NCBI GenBank assembly: GCA_048571215.1
Contig: CP182352.1
Span: forward strand, 2,752,001 to 2,816,000
Direction of reading: 5' to 3'
Length of the DNA stretch: 64,000 nt
DNA from: Halarcobacter sp.
Lineage (GTDB): Bacteria > Campylobacterota > Campylobacteria > Campylobacterales > Arcobacteraceae
Part shown: in pieces, positions 40,250 through 50,540 of the stretch
Numbering within the stretch: position 1 is the first letter of the stretch
Layout of the letters: every line of letters starts with the position of its first letter
Notes under the pieces: generated by a model
Seen by the model: only the letters and a program-made list of their open reading frames with translations
What the model was told of the DNA's origin: nothing
Databases searched by the model: none
Position numbers and translations under genes: made by a program

Positions 40250-41298
40250 TGGGTTATGTTGCAATAAAAGGTGGTGAAGAAGCTATTGATAACTCTTTAA
40301 ATTTTTATAAAGACTCAATTAAAAAAAATAAAAAAATTGAAGATGAAGATATTCAAGAAGGTTTAAGATTTGCAGTTGATAAGGTGATTAGTGAAGGGTC
40401 ATTATATAGTAAAAAACTAGCTTCCATAGCTATAAAAAGAAGTGCAGGAGACTTGCTAAATGCTGCATTTTTTCTAAGGGCTCATAGAAGTACCTGTCAA
40501 AGAATAGGAGTAGCTAAAACTATTGATGTGGATAAGATGAAACTAATTAGAAGAATCTCTTCTGCTTTTAAAGATATCCAAGGGGGACAAATCTTAGGTC
40601 CATCAAATGATTATGAAGTAAAACTTATCTTGAATCAGCAAACAAGAGATACTCATTGGGAAAAATTTGATCAAAAAGATTGTATTTTGCCTAGTGCCTT
40701 AACACCACTAAGAAAAAATAGATTAGTAAAAACTTTAAAAGCAGATCAAAATATATCAGATATAACAAGACTTTTTCCAGAACCTCCCTATACAAGAAGT
40801 GCTGTGTTGCAAGTTTTGAGTAGAGGTGAGTCTGGAAGTATGTTAGGTTTTGCTTATACTTCAATTAGAGGTTATGGGGATGTTCACCCTACAATAGCAG
40901 ATTTAAGACTTGGAACTTGTGATTTGAACTTCACCCATCCATTTACACAAAATGAGGTAAAAATAGGAGAGTTAGAACTAAGTTCATGTGAAAGTGCAGG
41001 TACTTTTGAAAAAGATGAAAACAATGAAGTGAAACTAACAACAGGTTTTGGTTTTTGTTTTGGCTTTAATGAAACAAAAGCTATTAGTATGAGTATTTTA
41101 GATTTATCTTTATACAACACAAAATTTAGTGTGGGTGAAAAAGAGTTTGCAAGTGATTTTGAGATGATGGTTCATCATGTGGATGGAGTTGATTCTATGG
41201 GCTTTACAAACCACTTTAAACTACCACACTATGTGACTTTCCAATCTGATTTACAAATACTATCACGTGCTAATAAATTTGTAAAGGATAAAAAATGA
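40249..41298 (+). CDS. phnI: C-P lyase subunit I
   Basis: YVAIKGGE.AI, RRISSAFKD..GGQILG, HFKLPHYVTFQ. Confidence 0.93.
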   Translation: MGYVAIKGGEEAIDNSLNFYKDSIKKNKKIEDEDIQEGLRFAVDKVISEGSLYSKKLASIAIKRSAGDLLNAAFFLRAHRSTCQRIGVAKTIDVDKMKLIRRISSAFKDIQGGQILGPSNDYEVKLILNQQTRDTHWEKFDQKDCILPSALTPLRKNRLVKTLKADQNISDITRLFPEPPYTRSAVLQVLSRGESGSMLGFAYTSIRGYGDVHPTIADLRLGTCDLNFTHPFTQNEVKIGELELSSCESAGTFEKDENNEVKLTTGFGFCFGFNETKAISMSILDLSLYNTKFSVGEKEFASDFEMMVHHVDGVDSMGFTNHFKLPHYVTFQSDLQILSRANKFVKDKK

Positions 41299-42122
41299 GA
41301 TACGCTTTTTTAGATGAAGATGCAAAAAAAGAGATAAGAAGAGCTATCTTAAAAGCTGTGGCAATACCAGGATATATCGTATCGTTTGCAAGTAGAGAGA
41401 TGCCTATTGCTAGAGGTTGGGGAACAGGTGGACTTCAACTAACCCTATCCCTTATAAAAGAAAATGATGTTTTAAAAGTGATTGATCAAGGTTGTGATGG
41501 AAGTGTAAATGCTGTAAATATGAGAAACTTTATAAGCTCGGTTACAAAAAATAAAACAACCTTCGATACACAAAAAGCAACTTTAATCCAAACAAGACAT
41601 AGAATACCAGAAGAGGATTTACAAGAGGGACAAACTCTTATTTTTCAAGTTCCTATGCCAGATATTTTAGAAACAGTTGAGGCAGATACTTATAAAGCAA
41701 AAGTTATGCATGCAAATGAAGACTATTCAAAACTGTGGGTTCTTCTATATGAAGATACCTCAATTTATGGAGATAGTAGAATCTCAAATAGATATCCAGT
41801 TCTTGTAGAAAATAGATATGCGATGGATCCAAGTCCAATACCAAAATATGATACTACAAAACTAGGTAATAGCAAAGCTTTACAACTTTTTGGTGCAGGT
41901 AGAGAAAAAAAAATCTATGCCATACCTCCATATAGTAAAGTTGAACCATTAAAATTTGAAGATAAAGAGTTTACTGTAGAAACTTTTGAAGATAAAACTT
42001 GTGAAAGATGTGGGAATAGTGCTGTTTTTCTGGATGAGATTTATGATGAAAACAATGAAAAACACTATTTTTGTAGTGACACATCATATTGTGATAAATC
42101 ATTAGAGAAGAGGATGAAATGA
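41295..42122 (+). CDS. phnJ: C-P lyase radical SAM subunit J
   Basis: GWGTGG, QTRHRIPE, Cx2Cx21Cx5C. Confidence 0.95.
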   Translation: MRYAFLDEDAKKEIRRAILKAVAIPGYIVSFASREMPIARGWGTGGLQLTLSLIKENDVLKVIDQGCDGSVNAVNMRNFISSVTKNKTTFDTQKATLIQTRHRIPEEDLQEGQTLIFQVPMPDILETVEADTYKAKVMHANEDYSKLWVLLYEDTSIYGDSRISNRYPVLVENRYAMDPSPIPKYDTTKLGNSKALQLFGAGREKKIYAIPPYSKVEPLKFEDKEFTVETFEDKTCERCGNSAVFLDEIYDENNEKHYFCSDTSYCDKSLEKRMK

Positions 42123-42958
42123 AAGTTTTAGAGATTAAAAATATATCAAAAATATTTGGAAATGGATGTTCTAAGTGTTTGGAAGATACAGGTTCAATTA
42201 CAAACTCTTCTATTTGTCCACACTGTAATAGTGTAGTTGGAGTCAACCAAATAAATTTAGAACTTAAAAAAGGTGAAATCTTAGGTATAGTTGGGGAAAG
42301 TGGTAGTGGAAAATCAACCCTACTTCAGCTCATATACCAAGATCAAAAAGCAACAAAAGGGGAAATCTTTGTTGATGGATATTTTGATGAGAATAAAGAT
42401 AAAAAAAATATTATTGATGCAAACTTAAACGACTTAAATTATCTAAGAAATAAACTTATGTCTATGATATATCAAAACCCAAGATTGGGATTAAATTATA
42501 GATTTAGTGCTGGTGGGAATATTGCTGAAAAAGTTATAGGAAGTGGAAATAAATTTTACAATCAAATAAGAGAAAAAGCTAAGTATTTCCTAGAAAAAAC
42601 TGAAATTCCAATTAGTAGAATAGATGATTATCCGGATATATTTAGTGGAGGGCAACAACAAAGAATCCAAATATCAAAAGCCCTATCAAGCAATCCAAAA
42701 CTATTACTTCTAGATGAACCAACTACAGGTTTAGACCTTTCTGTTCAAGCTAAGATTTTAGATCTAATAAAGGTTTTACAAAATGAAATAGGATTTTCAA
42801 TGGTTATAGTTTCTCATGATTTAGGGGTTATAAAACACCTAACTGATATTACAGTTGTGATGAAAAATGGACAAATAGTTGAAAAAGGGCTAACAGATCA
42901 AATCCTAGAAGATCCCCAACATCCCTATACTCAACTACTTGTTTCAAGTATATTGTAA
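42119..42958 (+). CDS. phnK: C-P lyase ABC-like subunit K
   Basis: GESGSGKST, FSGG, TDQILEDPQHPYTQLLVSS. Confidence 0.93.
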   Translation: MKVLEIKNISKIFGNGCSKCLEDTGSITNSSICPHCNSVVGVNQINLELKKGEILGIVGESGSGKSTLLQLIYQDQKATKGEIFVDGYFDENKDKKNIIDANLNDLNYLRNKLMSMIYQNPRLGLNYRFSAGGNIAEKVIGSGNKFYNQIREKAKYFLEKTEIPISRIDDYPDIFSGGQQQRIQISKALSSNPKLLLLDEPTTGLDLSVQAKILDLIKVLQNEIGFSMVIVSHDLGVIKHLTDITVVMKNGQIVEKGLTDQILEDPQHPYTQLLVSSIL

Positions 42959-42966
42959 GGTAAAAA

Positions 42967-43671
42967 ATGAAAAAAATAGAGATAAAAAACATATCAAAAA
43001 TGTTTACAGTACACACCAGAGGTGGTTTGCAAGTTCATGGTTATGAGAATATAAGTTTTGATGTAAATCAAGGAGAATTTATCTCACTATATGGACCAAG
43101 CGGAATGGGAAAATCTTCTGTTTTAAAAGCTATTTATAGAACATATACGACAACTAGTGGGGATATTATGTTTTATAAAAATGAAAATGAGAGCTTAAAT
43201 ATAGCTACTGCAAATGAAAGTGAAATACTAGAACTAAGAAAAGAACAACTAGGTTATGTATCACAATTTTTACAAGTTCTTCCAAGAATAAGTGCAGTTG
43301 ATATAGTAGCTCAACCCCTTATAGAAAAAGGTGAATTTCAAGAAAATGCTATACAAAAAGCAAAAGAGATGTTGGATTTCTTAAATATAAAAGAGGAACT
43401 TTTTTATATCTCACCTCTGACTTTTAGTGGTGGAGAACAACAAAGAGTCAATATAGCAAAAGGGATAATTGCTCCAAAATCTGTATTACTTTTAGATGAG
43501 CCAACAGCCTCTTTAGATAAAAACAATACCCAAAAGGTAATTGATAAACTTTTAGAGATAAAAAAAGATGGAATAAGTATGATTGGGATTTTTCACGATT
43601 TAGATTGTATGAAAAGAATAAGTGACAGAATATATGATATGAAGGAAAAAAAGTATGCAGACAATCATTAG
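42967..43671 (+). CDS. phnL: C-P lyase ABC-like subunit L
   Basis: GYVSQFL..PR, TFSGGEQQRVNIA, GIFHD. Confidence 0.93.
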   Translation: MKKIEIKNISKMFTVHTRGGLQVHGYENISFDVNQGEFISLYGPSGMGKSSVLKAIYRTYTTTSGDIMFYKNENESLNIATANESEILELRKEQLGYVSQFLQVLPRISAVDIVAQPLIEKGEFQENAIQKAKEMLDFLNIKEELFYISPLTFSGGEQQRVNIAKGIIAPKSVLLLDEPTASLDKNNTQKVIDKLLEIKKDGISMIGIFHDLDCMKRISDRIYDMKEKKYADNH

Positions 43672-44800
43672 AAGTACAAATATACTAATTGATGGTAAAT
43701 TTCAAGGTGCTGATATTGTTATTCAAGGAGATAAAATAACTGCTGTCTGCCCTTACAAAAGTATTGACGTGGCTATTGATTTAGGGGAAAGAAGAGTTGT
43801 ACCTGGTTTTGTTGACTTACATGGGGATGCCATAGAAAAAGAGATTGAACCAAGACCAGGAGCTAGGTTTCCAACTGCTATGGCGGTAGTTGAATTTGAT
43901 AAAAAATTGTCAATTGCTGGGGTTACAACTATGTACCATGCAGTTGGTTTTAATGATGAAGAATTAAGCAAAGGTAGAGGAACAGAACAATCAAAAGAAC
44001 TAATAGAAAATATCTATGAAGCAAATAAAAACCACCTTGGAGTTGATAACTTAGTTCATGCAAGATTTGAAATCACAAGTCATAGTTCACTTAAAAGTAT
44101 TAAACAACTTATAGAAGATAAAAAAGTAAATATGTTATCACTTATGGACCATAGTCCCGGACAAGGTCAATTCAAAACCTTAGAGTCATGGAAAAAATAC
44201 CATCTATCAGCCTATTCCATTGAAGATGAGGATGTAGAAGAGTACTTAAAAAACAAAACTTCAAAAGACAAAACTGGTATAGTTGAAGATTTAGTAGCAT
44301 TTGGATTAGAACATAATATTCCAATACTAAGCCATGATGATGATTGTGAAAATAAACTAAATACCCTTAAACAACTGGGTGTTACTTTTTCAGAGTTTCC
44401 TTTAAGTGTAGAGGTAGCAAAAAAAGCAAAACAGATGAATATAAGTACAGGAATGGGTGCTCCAAATGTAGTAAGAGGAGGCAGTCAAAGTGGGAATATA
44501 GCAGCAAAAGAATTAGTAAAAGTTGGTGTTTGTGATTACTTATGTAGTGATTATCACCCAGCTTCACTTTTAATGAGCCCTTATAGATTAAAAGAGGATG
44601 TAAACTTAAACCTCGAAGAGGGATTTGCCATGATTAGTACCACCCCTGCAAAATTGGCAAAACTAGAAGATAGAGGAGAGATAAAAGAGGGAAAACTAGC
44701 TGATATTATTGTTATAGATGAGTCTCATTTTCCAAAAGTTGTTTTAACTTTAAAAAATGGTGAAGTTGTTTACAATGGGATTAGAGGATTTAAAATATAA
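43655..44800 (+). CDS. phnM: Alpha-D-ribose 1-methylphosphonate 5-triphosphate diphosphatase
   Basis: VDLH.D..E...[31 protein letters not shown]. Confidence 0.93.
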   Translation: MQTIIRSTNILIDGKFQGADIVIQGDKITAVCPYKSIDVAIDLGERRVVPGFVDLHGDAIEKEIEPRPGARFPTAMAVVEFDKKLSIAGVTTMYHAVGFNDEELSKGRGTEQSKELIENIYEANKNHLGVDNLVHARFEITSHSSLKSIKQLIEDKKVNMLSLMDHSPGQGQFKTLESWKKYHLSAYSIEDEDVEEYLKNKTSKDKTGIVEDLVAFGLEHNIPILSHDDDCENKLNTLKQLGVTFSEFPLSVEVAKKAKQMNISTGMGAPNVVRGGSQSGNIAAKELVKVGVCDYLCSDYHPASLLMSPYRLKEDVNLNLEEGFAMISTTPAKLAKLEDRGEIKEGKLADIIVIDESHFPKVVLTLKNGEVVYNGIRGFKI

Positions 44801-45441
44801 TGTATAAGATAAATAGTTTAAATAAACCACCAAAAAAACTCTTGGAGAAAAAGCCCCAGTTTGATACCTCTAGTATAATTATTGATTCTGAATTTGGTGA
44901 GTTTGTGGAGATTGGTTCTTTTAATAATATACAAGAATCTACAATAGATAAGTATAGTTATACTTGTGAAAATTGCCAAATCATATATAGTTATATAGGA
45001 AAATTTGTAAATATAGCTTCATATGTAAGACTAAATCCAAGCCCCCATCCTATGGAAAAAGTGACGCAACACCATATGCTTTATAGAAAAGAGATGTTTG
45101 GTTTTGGAGAAGATGATAACTCTTTTTTTGATTTTAGAAGGTCAAGAAGAGTTCATGTAGGTCATGATGTTTGGTTAGGGCATAATGTAGTTATTATGGG
45201 TGGAGTAACTATTGGAAATGGTGCAGTTATAGGCAGTGGCTCAATTGTTACAAAAGATATTCCACCCTATGCAATTGCAGTGGGAAATCCCGCACGAGTT
45301 ATAAAATATAGATTTGATGAAAAATCAAGAGAAGCCTTAGAAAAAATCTCTTGGTGGGATTGGAGCCATGAAAAAATAAAAACCTCTTTAGAGGATTTTC
45401 ATGATACAAGTCTATTTATTGAAAAATATTTAAAAGGTTAA
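44800..45441 (+). CDS. Hexapeptide-repeat acetyltransferase (CatB/Vat-like, phn-associated)
   Basis: [27 protein letters not shown]. Confidence 0.88.
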   Translation: MYKINSLNKPPKKLLEKKPQFDTSSIIIDSEFGEFVEIGSFNNIQESTIDKYSYTCENCQIIYSYIGKFVNIASYVRLNPSPHPMEKVTQHHMLYRKEMFGFGEDDNSFFDFRRSRRVHVGHDVWLGHNVVIMGGVTIGNGAVIGSGSIVTKDIPPYAIAVGNPARVIKYRFDEKSREALEKISWWDWSHEKIKTSLEDFHDTSLFIEKYLKG

Positions 45442-45445
45442 GTCT

Positions 45446-45970
45446 ATGATAAAAATAGTTTTAATAGTAGGAGCAAGTGGAGTTGGCAAGGATAGTTTAC
45501 TAAAGTCGATTAAAAATCAAGCAAATATAAATTTTGTAAAAAGATATATCACTAGAGAACCTGATAATAATGAATCAAACTATTATGTAGACAAAGAAGC
45601 CTTTAACTTATTAAAAGAGAAACAATTTTTTGTATCAACTTGGCAAGCCCATGGGAACTCTTATGGTATCGCAAGGTTTGATATAAAAGAGGGATTAAAT
45701 ATTATCTCTATTTCAAGAGATGCCATAAAAGATTTTGAAAACCAATATGAAAAGGTTAAAACTATAAATATAACTGTGCCTTTAGATATTTTGAAACAAA
45801 GATTAGAAAATAGAGCACGGGAATCACAAGAACAAATTGAAAAAAGATTAAATAGAACATATGAGAAACTTGAGGCAACAAATCTTATAAAGTTCGATAA
45901 CTCGGAATCTTTAGAGTTTTCATCAAAAAAGTTTTTAAATCTTATTGAAAGAATTGAAAATGAGTTCTAA
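45446..45970 (+). CDS. phnN: Ribose 1,5-bisphosphokinase
   Basis: GASGVGKDS, RYITR, W.AHGN.YG. Confidence 0.88.
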   Translation: MIKIVLIVGASGVGKDSLLKSIKNQANINFVKRYITREPDNNESNYYVDKEAFNLLKEKQFFVSTWQAHGNSYGIARFDIKEGLNIISISRDAIKDFENQYEKVKTINITVPLDILKQRLENRARESQEQIEKRLNRTYEKLEATNLIKFDNSESLEFSSKKFLNLIERIENEF

Positions 45971-46634
45971 TTTTAATATAGCTACATTCAACTTATGGAA
46001 AAACTGTGGAGATTTTCCAAATAGAATTCACGAAATACCAAAACTACTCAAGGACTTAGATTGTATCTGTTTTCAAGAAGATTTTAACTCAAAAGATTTT
46101 TCAAGTAGCAATACAATAAACAAAAAACTAAACTTCCATCAAGTAAGCTTACCAATAAGAAAAAAGCAAAGAGATGGAGTGATAAGCACTTCAAATCTGA
46201 CAATCCTTACAAAATATAAACCAATAAAAATAAAAGAGGTTTATTTTGATGAAAAAGGGGAAGATGAAAGGGGTGCTTTATTTATCCAACTAGAATATAA
46301 ACAGAAAAAAATAAGTATTTTAAATACACACTTAACCAATATAAATCAACAATCAAGAGTAAAACAAATAGTAAAACTTATCAACACAATAAATTGCAAA
46401 AAAAGTGACCTATTTATAATTTGCGGAGATATGAATGCAACTCCTCCCTCAAAGGAGATTAAGCTTATAAAAAATTGTGGCTTTAGTACAATAAATGAAG
46501 ATATTACCTATAATGAAGGTTTAATACTAGATTACATATTCTTTAAAACAAATTTTAGAGTTGAAAACAAAAGTGAAATCATAATAAAAAAATTAAGTGA
46601 CCATTATTGTTTAAAAAACAGTTTCAAATGGTAA
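45960..46634 (+). CDS. Endonuclease/exonuclease/phosphatase (EEP) family protein
   Basis: TFN, FQE, NTHL, GDMN, LDYIF, SDH; ATG at 45960 overlaps end of phnN. Confidence 0.85.
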   Translation: MSSNFNIATFNLWKNCGDFPNRIHEIPKLLKDLDCICFQEDFNSKDFSSSNTINKKLNFHQVSLPIRKKQRDGVISTSNLTILTKYKPIKIKEVYFDEKGEDERGALFIQLEYKQKKISILNTHLTNINQQSRVKQIVKLINTINCKKSDLFIICGDMNATPPSKEIKLIKNCGFSTINEDITYNEGLILDYIFFKTNFRVENKSEIIIKKLSDHYCLKNSFKW

Positions 46635-46644
46635 AGGATAAAAA

Positions 46645-47361
46645 TTGCAAATAAAGTTTTTAGGTACAGCAAATGCAAGTGGAATTCCTGTATATAATTG
46701 TCAATGTGAAATTTGTAAAAAATATAGGGAAGAAAAAAAGTTCAACAATAGTACTTGTGCCTATTTAGAGTGTGACAATAAAGAGATAATCCTACTTGAT
46801 GCAGGTGTAGATGAGATTAGCAAGCTTTTTGATGGCAAAAAAATCAAAGCTGTGTTTATTACCCATTTTCATGCAGATCATGCTCTAGCACTTTTAAAAC
46901 TAAGGTATGGGAAAGATAAAATAACTTGCTACCATCCAAAAGATGAAAAAGGTTTTGCAGATTTATTTAAACATAAACTATCAATAAACTATATAGAGAA
47001 CAAAGCCTTTGAACAAATAGTTGTAAATAATATAGAGTTTATACCCATCCCACTAAAGCATTCAAAAAATACAACAGGATATTTAATAAAAGATAAAGAT
47101 AAAACAATAGCATACCTAACAGATTGTGCCGCAATAGATGAAAAATCACTTAATTTTTTATGCAAAGAGAAAATAGATGAGTGTTATATAGATGCCTGCC
47201 ATGCACCAAGTTATCCAGACAAAAACCATCTAAATTACGAACAAGCCACTAAGATATTAGATAAAATAAAAGCTAAGAACTCTTTTTTAATTCATGGTTC
47301 CCATGAAACCTTAGAGTATATAAAAACAAATAAAATAAAACTCAAATATAGATATATATAA
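46645..47361 (+). CDS. phnP: Phosphoribosyl 1,2-cyclic phosphate phosphodiesterase
   Basis: FLGT, C.C..C, THFHADH, HSK.T.GY, AYLTD. Confidence 0.9.
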   Translation: MQIKFLGTANASGIPVYNCQCEICKKYREEKKFNNSTCAYLECDNKEIILLDAGVDEISKLFDGKKIKAVFITHFHADHALALLKLRYGKDKITCYHPKDEKGFADLFKHKLSINYIENKAFEQIVVNNIEFIPIPLKHSKNTTGYLIKDKDKTIAYLTDCAAIDEKSLNFLCKEKIDECYIDACHAPSYPDKNHLNYEQATKILDKIKAKNSFLIHGSHETLEYIKTNKIKLKYRYI

Positions 47362-47417
47362 ATTAGATTTTTTTAGAAAGATTAAGAGGTTCAAAAGAAC
47401 CCCTTAAATTTTTTTGT

Positions 47418-50400
47418 TTATTTTTTTCTTGAAAGTTTTTGTTTTATTCTAACTACTCCGTAGAAAAATAGTGGAATAAATAGTACACCAATAGCAACAG
47501 CAGCTAACATACCACCAACAACAGTTGTACCAATAATATGTCTACTTGCACTTCCTGCACCTGAACTTAAGGCAAGGGGTAATGTACCAACAATAAATGC
47601 TAAAGAGGTCATTACAATTGGTCTAAACCTTAATCTTGCAGCCTCAATAGTAGCATCAAATAAACTTAATCCTGAACTTAATTTATCCATTGCAAACTCA
47701 ACAATCAAAATTGCATTTTTTGCAGATAAACCAACAAGGGTAATAAGACCTACTTGGAAATATATATCCGCTTCTAAACCTCTTAAATAAATAGCTAAAG
47801 CTGCACCAAAGATTGAGAATGGAATTGAAATAATTACAGCCATTGGAATACTCCAACTCTCATATAATGCTGCAAGAATCAAAAATACAAATAAAGCAGC
47901 GTATAAAGATGTGTAATTACCTTTTTTTTCAAGTTTTTTCTCTTGAAATGTAGTTCCTGACCAAGCTATTGTATACCCTTCAGGTAGTACTGAACTTGCA
48001 ATCTCTTCGATAGCCTTAGTTGCATCACTTGAAGCAAATCCAACAGCTGGATTACCTGTGATTTTTGAAGCATTAAACATATTAAATCTTTCAATAATAC
48101 TAGCACTCACTTCTCTTTTTAAAGTAATTAGTTCACTAATTGGAACTAGATTATCATTACTTGATCGTACATAAATATTTTTAAAATCATCTCTATTTTC
48201 TCTATATTTAGATTCTGATTGTATATTTACATGGAATGTTCTACTATATAAGTTGAAGTCATTAATATAACCTTTTCCAAATGTTTGTTGAATCACATTA
48301 AATATAGATTGTACATCTACATTCATAGATTTTGCTTTCTCTCTATCAACCGTTAACATATATTGTGGAACATTTGTATTTAATGTTGTTCTTACTGATG
48401 TTAATCTAGGATCAGCAGATGCTTTTGAAACAATCTCGTCGGTATATTTACTTAAAGTACTTATATCTCCACCTGTTCTGTCTTGAATCCACATCTCAAA
48501 ACCACCTGTTGTACTCATCCCCATAATTGGAGGAGGATTTACAGGAATAACAAAGGCTTCTTTACTAGTCATCATAAATTGTCCCATTAATTGACCTGCA
48601 ATTGCTTGAGACTTTTGATTTGGTAAAGGTCTTTCATCCCAAGGTTTAAGCATAGCAAACATTAATGCAGCATCTGTTTTATAAGCAAATGATGAAATAT
48701 CTAAACCAGTAATTGCCCCTACAGAAAGAATATCAGGATGTGCTAATAATTGTTTTTCAATTCCATTTGTAATTTTTTTAGACTCCCCTAAAGAAGTAGA
48801 TGGCATCATGTTTACAATTACAAGCAATACCCCTTTATCTTCTGCTGGAACTAATCCAGAAGGTGTACTTTTCATAATAGAATATGTTGCACCCATCAAT
48901 ATTGCAAATAATGCTAATGAAAAAAACCATAATCTAATAGTCTGTTTTGTAATACCAATAAAAACTGTAGTTGACCAATCAAAAAAACCATTAAATTTTC
49001 TAATTAACCAAATTGGTTCTGGCTCATGTTTTCTTAAAAAGATTGCACAAAGGGCAGGAGTTAAAGTAAGGGCAACTAAACCAGAGATTACAACTGCCAT
49101 TACAATAGTAATAGCAAACTGTTTATACATAACTCCACTAAAACCACCTGTAAGTGCAGCAGGAATAAATACTGCTGATAATACAAGAATAATAGCTACA
49201 AGTGGAGTTGTTAACTCTTTCATAGCTTCAATAGTTGCTTCTTTTACATTAAGATCTTTTGTCCTTAGATTTCTTTCAACATTTTCAATTACAATAATAG
49301 CATCATCAACAACCAATCCAATGGCTAGAATCATACCAAATAAAGTAAGTAAGTTTATGGAAAATCCAGCAGCATAAAGACCTGCAAAAGTACCAATAAC
49401 CGAAACAGGAATAGCCAATACAGGGATAATTGTTGCTCTAAAGTTACCTAAAAATAGATAAATTAGAATTACAACGAAAACAATTGCTTCAAGCAATGTT
49501 TTAACAACTTCTTTAATTGATTCATCAACAAAAAGTGTTGCATCATAAGGAACTCTATACTCTAAATCTTCAGGAAATTTATGAGAAATCTCTTTTAGTT
49601 TTGCATCAAGTGCAGCTGAAACTTCAAGTGCATTTGCACCTGGTGCCAAGAAAATACCAACAGGAATCATTGGTTCTTCATTATAATTTGCAGATGTATG
49701 ATGAGAATCTGCACCCAATTCAACTCTTGCAATATCTTTTAATCTTAATGTTGAACCATCTGGATTCGATCGTACTATAATATTCTCAAACTCTTTTACA
49801 TTTTTTAATCTACCTTCAGTTGAGATAGAATAAGTAAATGCTTGAATATTTTTAATTGGTTCAGCACCAACTGAACCTGTAGAGTATTGATTATTTTGAC
49901 TATCAATAACCTCTCTTACATTTTTAGGAGTTAAATTATAAAATGCAAGTTTTTCTGGATCAATCCAAATTCTAATTGAGTAGTCTTTAGCACCAAAAAC
50001 TGTTGCATCACCAATACCTTTAATTCTTTTTATATCATCAATAACATTTACGGTTAAATAGTTTGAAATATAAGTTGTATCATGTACTTGACCTTTTGAT
50101 TTAAAAGCCAATACTTTAAGCATATCAGGAGATCTTTCTCTTACAGATATACCTTGTCTTTGAACCTCTTCGGGTAATTTATTAAGAGCTAGTTGTACTC
50201 TGTTATTTACATCAACCTTTGCTTGTGCAACATCAGTACCTACATTAAAAATAATACTTAAAGACAATACCCCACTTGGAGATGCTGTTGATGACATATA
50301 TGTCATATTATCAACACCATTTATGGCATTTTCTAATGTTGTTGCTACAGTTGAAGAGAGTGTCTGAGCATTTGCCCCAGGATATGTAGCTGTTACATTA

Positions 50401-50531
50401 ATCTGAGGAGGAGTTACGGCGGGGTACTCTTTTACAGGTAAAATATTTATAGAAATCAACCCTGCTAATATAACTAAAATAGACAATACTGTTGCGAAGA
50501 TTGGTCTATTTATAAAAAAACGTGAAAACAT
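47418..50531 (-). CDS. RND multidrug efflux permease (AcrB/CmeB-like)
   Basis: FFI.RPIFA, GLVVDDAIIVIEN, KNAILIVEF, RFRPIVMT. Confidence 0.95.
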   Translation of the reverse strand: MFSRFFINRPIFATVLSILVILAGLISINILPVKEYPAVTPPQINVTATYPGANAQTLSSTVATTLENAINGVDNMTYMSSTASPSGVLSLSIIFNVGTDVAQAKVDVNNRVQLALNKLPEEVQRQGISVRERSPDMLKVLAFKSKGQVHDTTYISNYLTVNVIDDIKRIKGIGDATVFGAKDYSIRIWIDPEKLAFYNLTPKNVREVIDSQNNQYSTGSVGAEPIKNIQAFTYSISTEGRLKNVKEFENIIVRSNPDGSTLRLKDIARVELGADSHHTSANYNEEPMIPVGIFLAPGANALEVSAALDAKLKEISHKFPEDLEYRVPYDATLFVDESIKEVVKTLLEAIVFVVILIYLFLGNFRATIIPVLAIPVSVIGTFAGLYAAGFSINLLTLFGMILAIGLVVDDAIIVIENVERNLRTKDLNVKEATIEAMKELTTPLVAIILVLSAVFIPAALTGGFSGVMYKQFAITIVMAVVISGLVALTLTPALCAIFLRKHEPEPIWLIRKFNGFFDWSTTVFIGITKQTIRLWFFSLALFAILMGATYSIMKSTPSGLVPAEDKGVLLVIVNMMPSTSLGESKKITNGIEKQLLAHPDILSVGAITGLDISSFAYKTDAALMFAMLKPWDERPLPNQKSQAIAGQLMGQFMMTSKEAFVIPVNPPPIMGMSTTGGFEMWIQDRTGGDISTLSKYTDEIVSKASADPRLTSVRTTLNTNVPQYMLTVDREKAKSMNVDVQSIFNVIQQTFGKGYINDFNLYSRTFHVNIQSESKYRENRDDFKNIYVRSSNDNLVPISELITLKREVSASIIERFNMFNASKITGNPAVGFASSDATKAIEEIASSVLPEGYTIAWSGTTFQEKKLEKKGNYTSLYAALFVFLILAALYESWSIPMAVIISIPFSIFGAALAIYLRGLEADIYFQVGLITLVGLSAKNAILIVEFAMDKLSSGLSLFDATIEAARLRFRPIVMTSLAFIVGTLPLALSSGAGSASRHIIGTTVVGGMLAAVAIGVLFIPLFFYGVVRIKQKLSRKK

Positions 50532-50540
50532 CTATTTTCC

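Noticed and set aside
33880..42122. Functional coupling of Hox reductant to C-P lyase
   Set aside because: Adjacency is the only evidence, and phn appears to have its own promoter and operator
44800..45441. Antibiotic resistance acetyltransferase (cat/vat)
   Set aside because: Hexapeptide acetyltransferases are known passengers of phn operons; the context argues for phosphonate metabolism
48808..49377. 189-aa plus-strand ORF and the other short antisense or overlapping ORFs in the track
   Set aside because: They lie opposite or within well-supported genes and show no motifs
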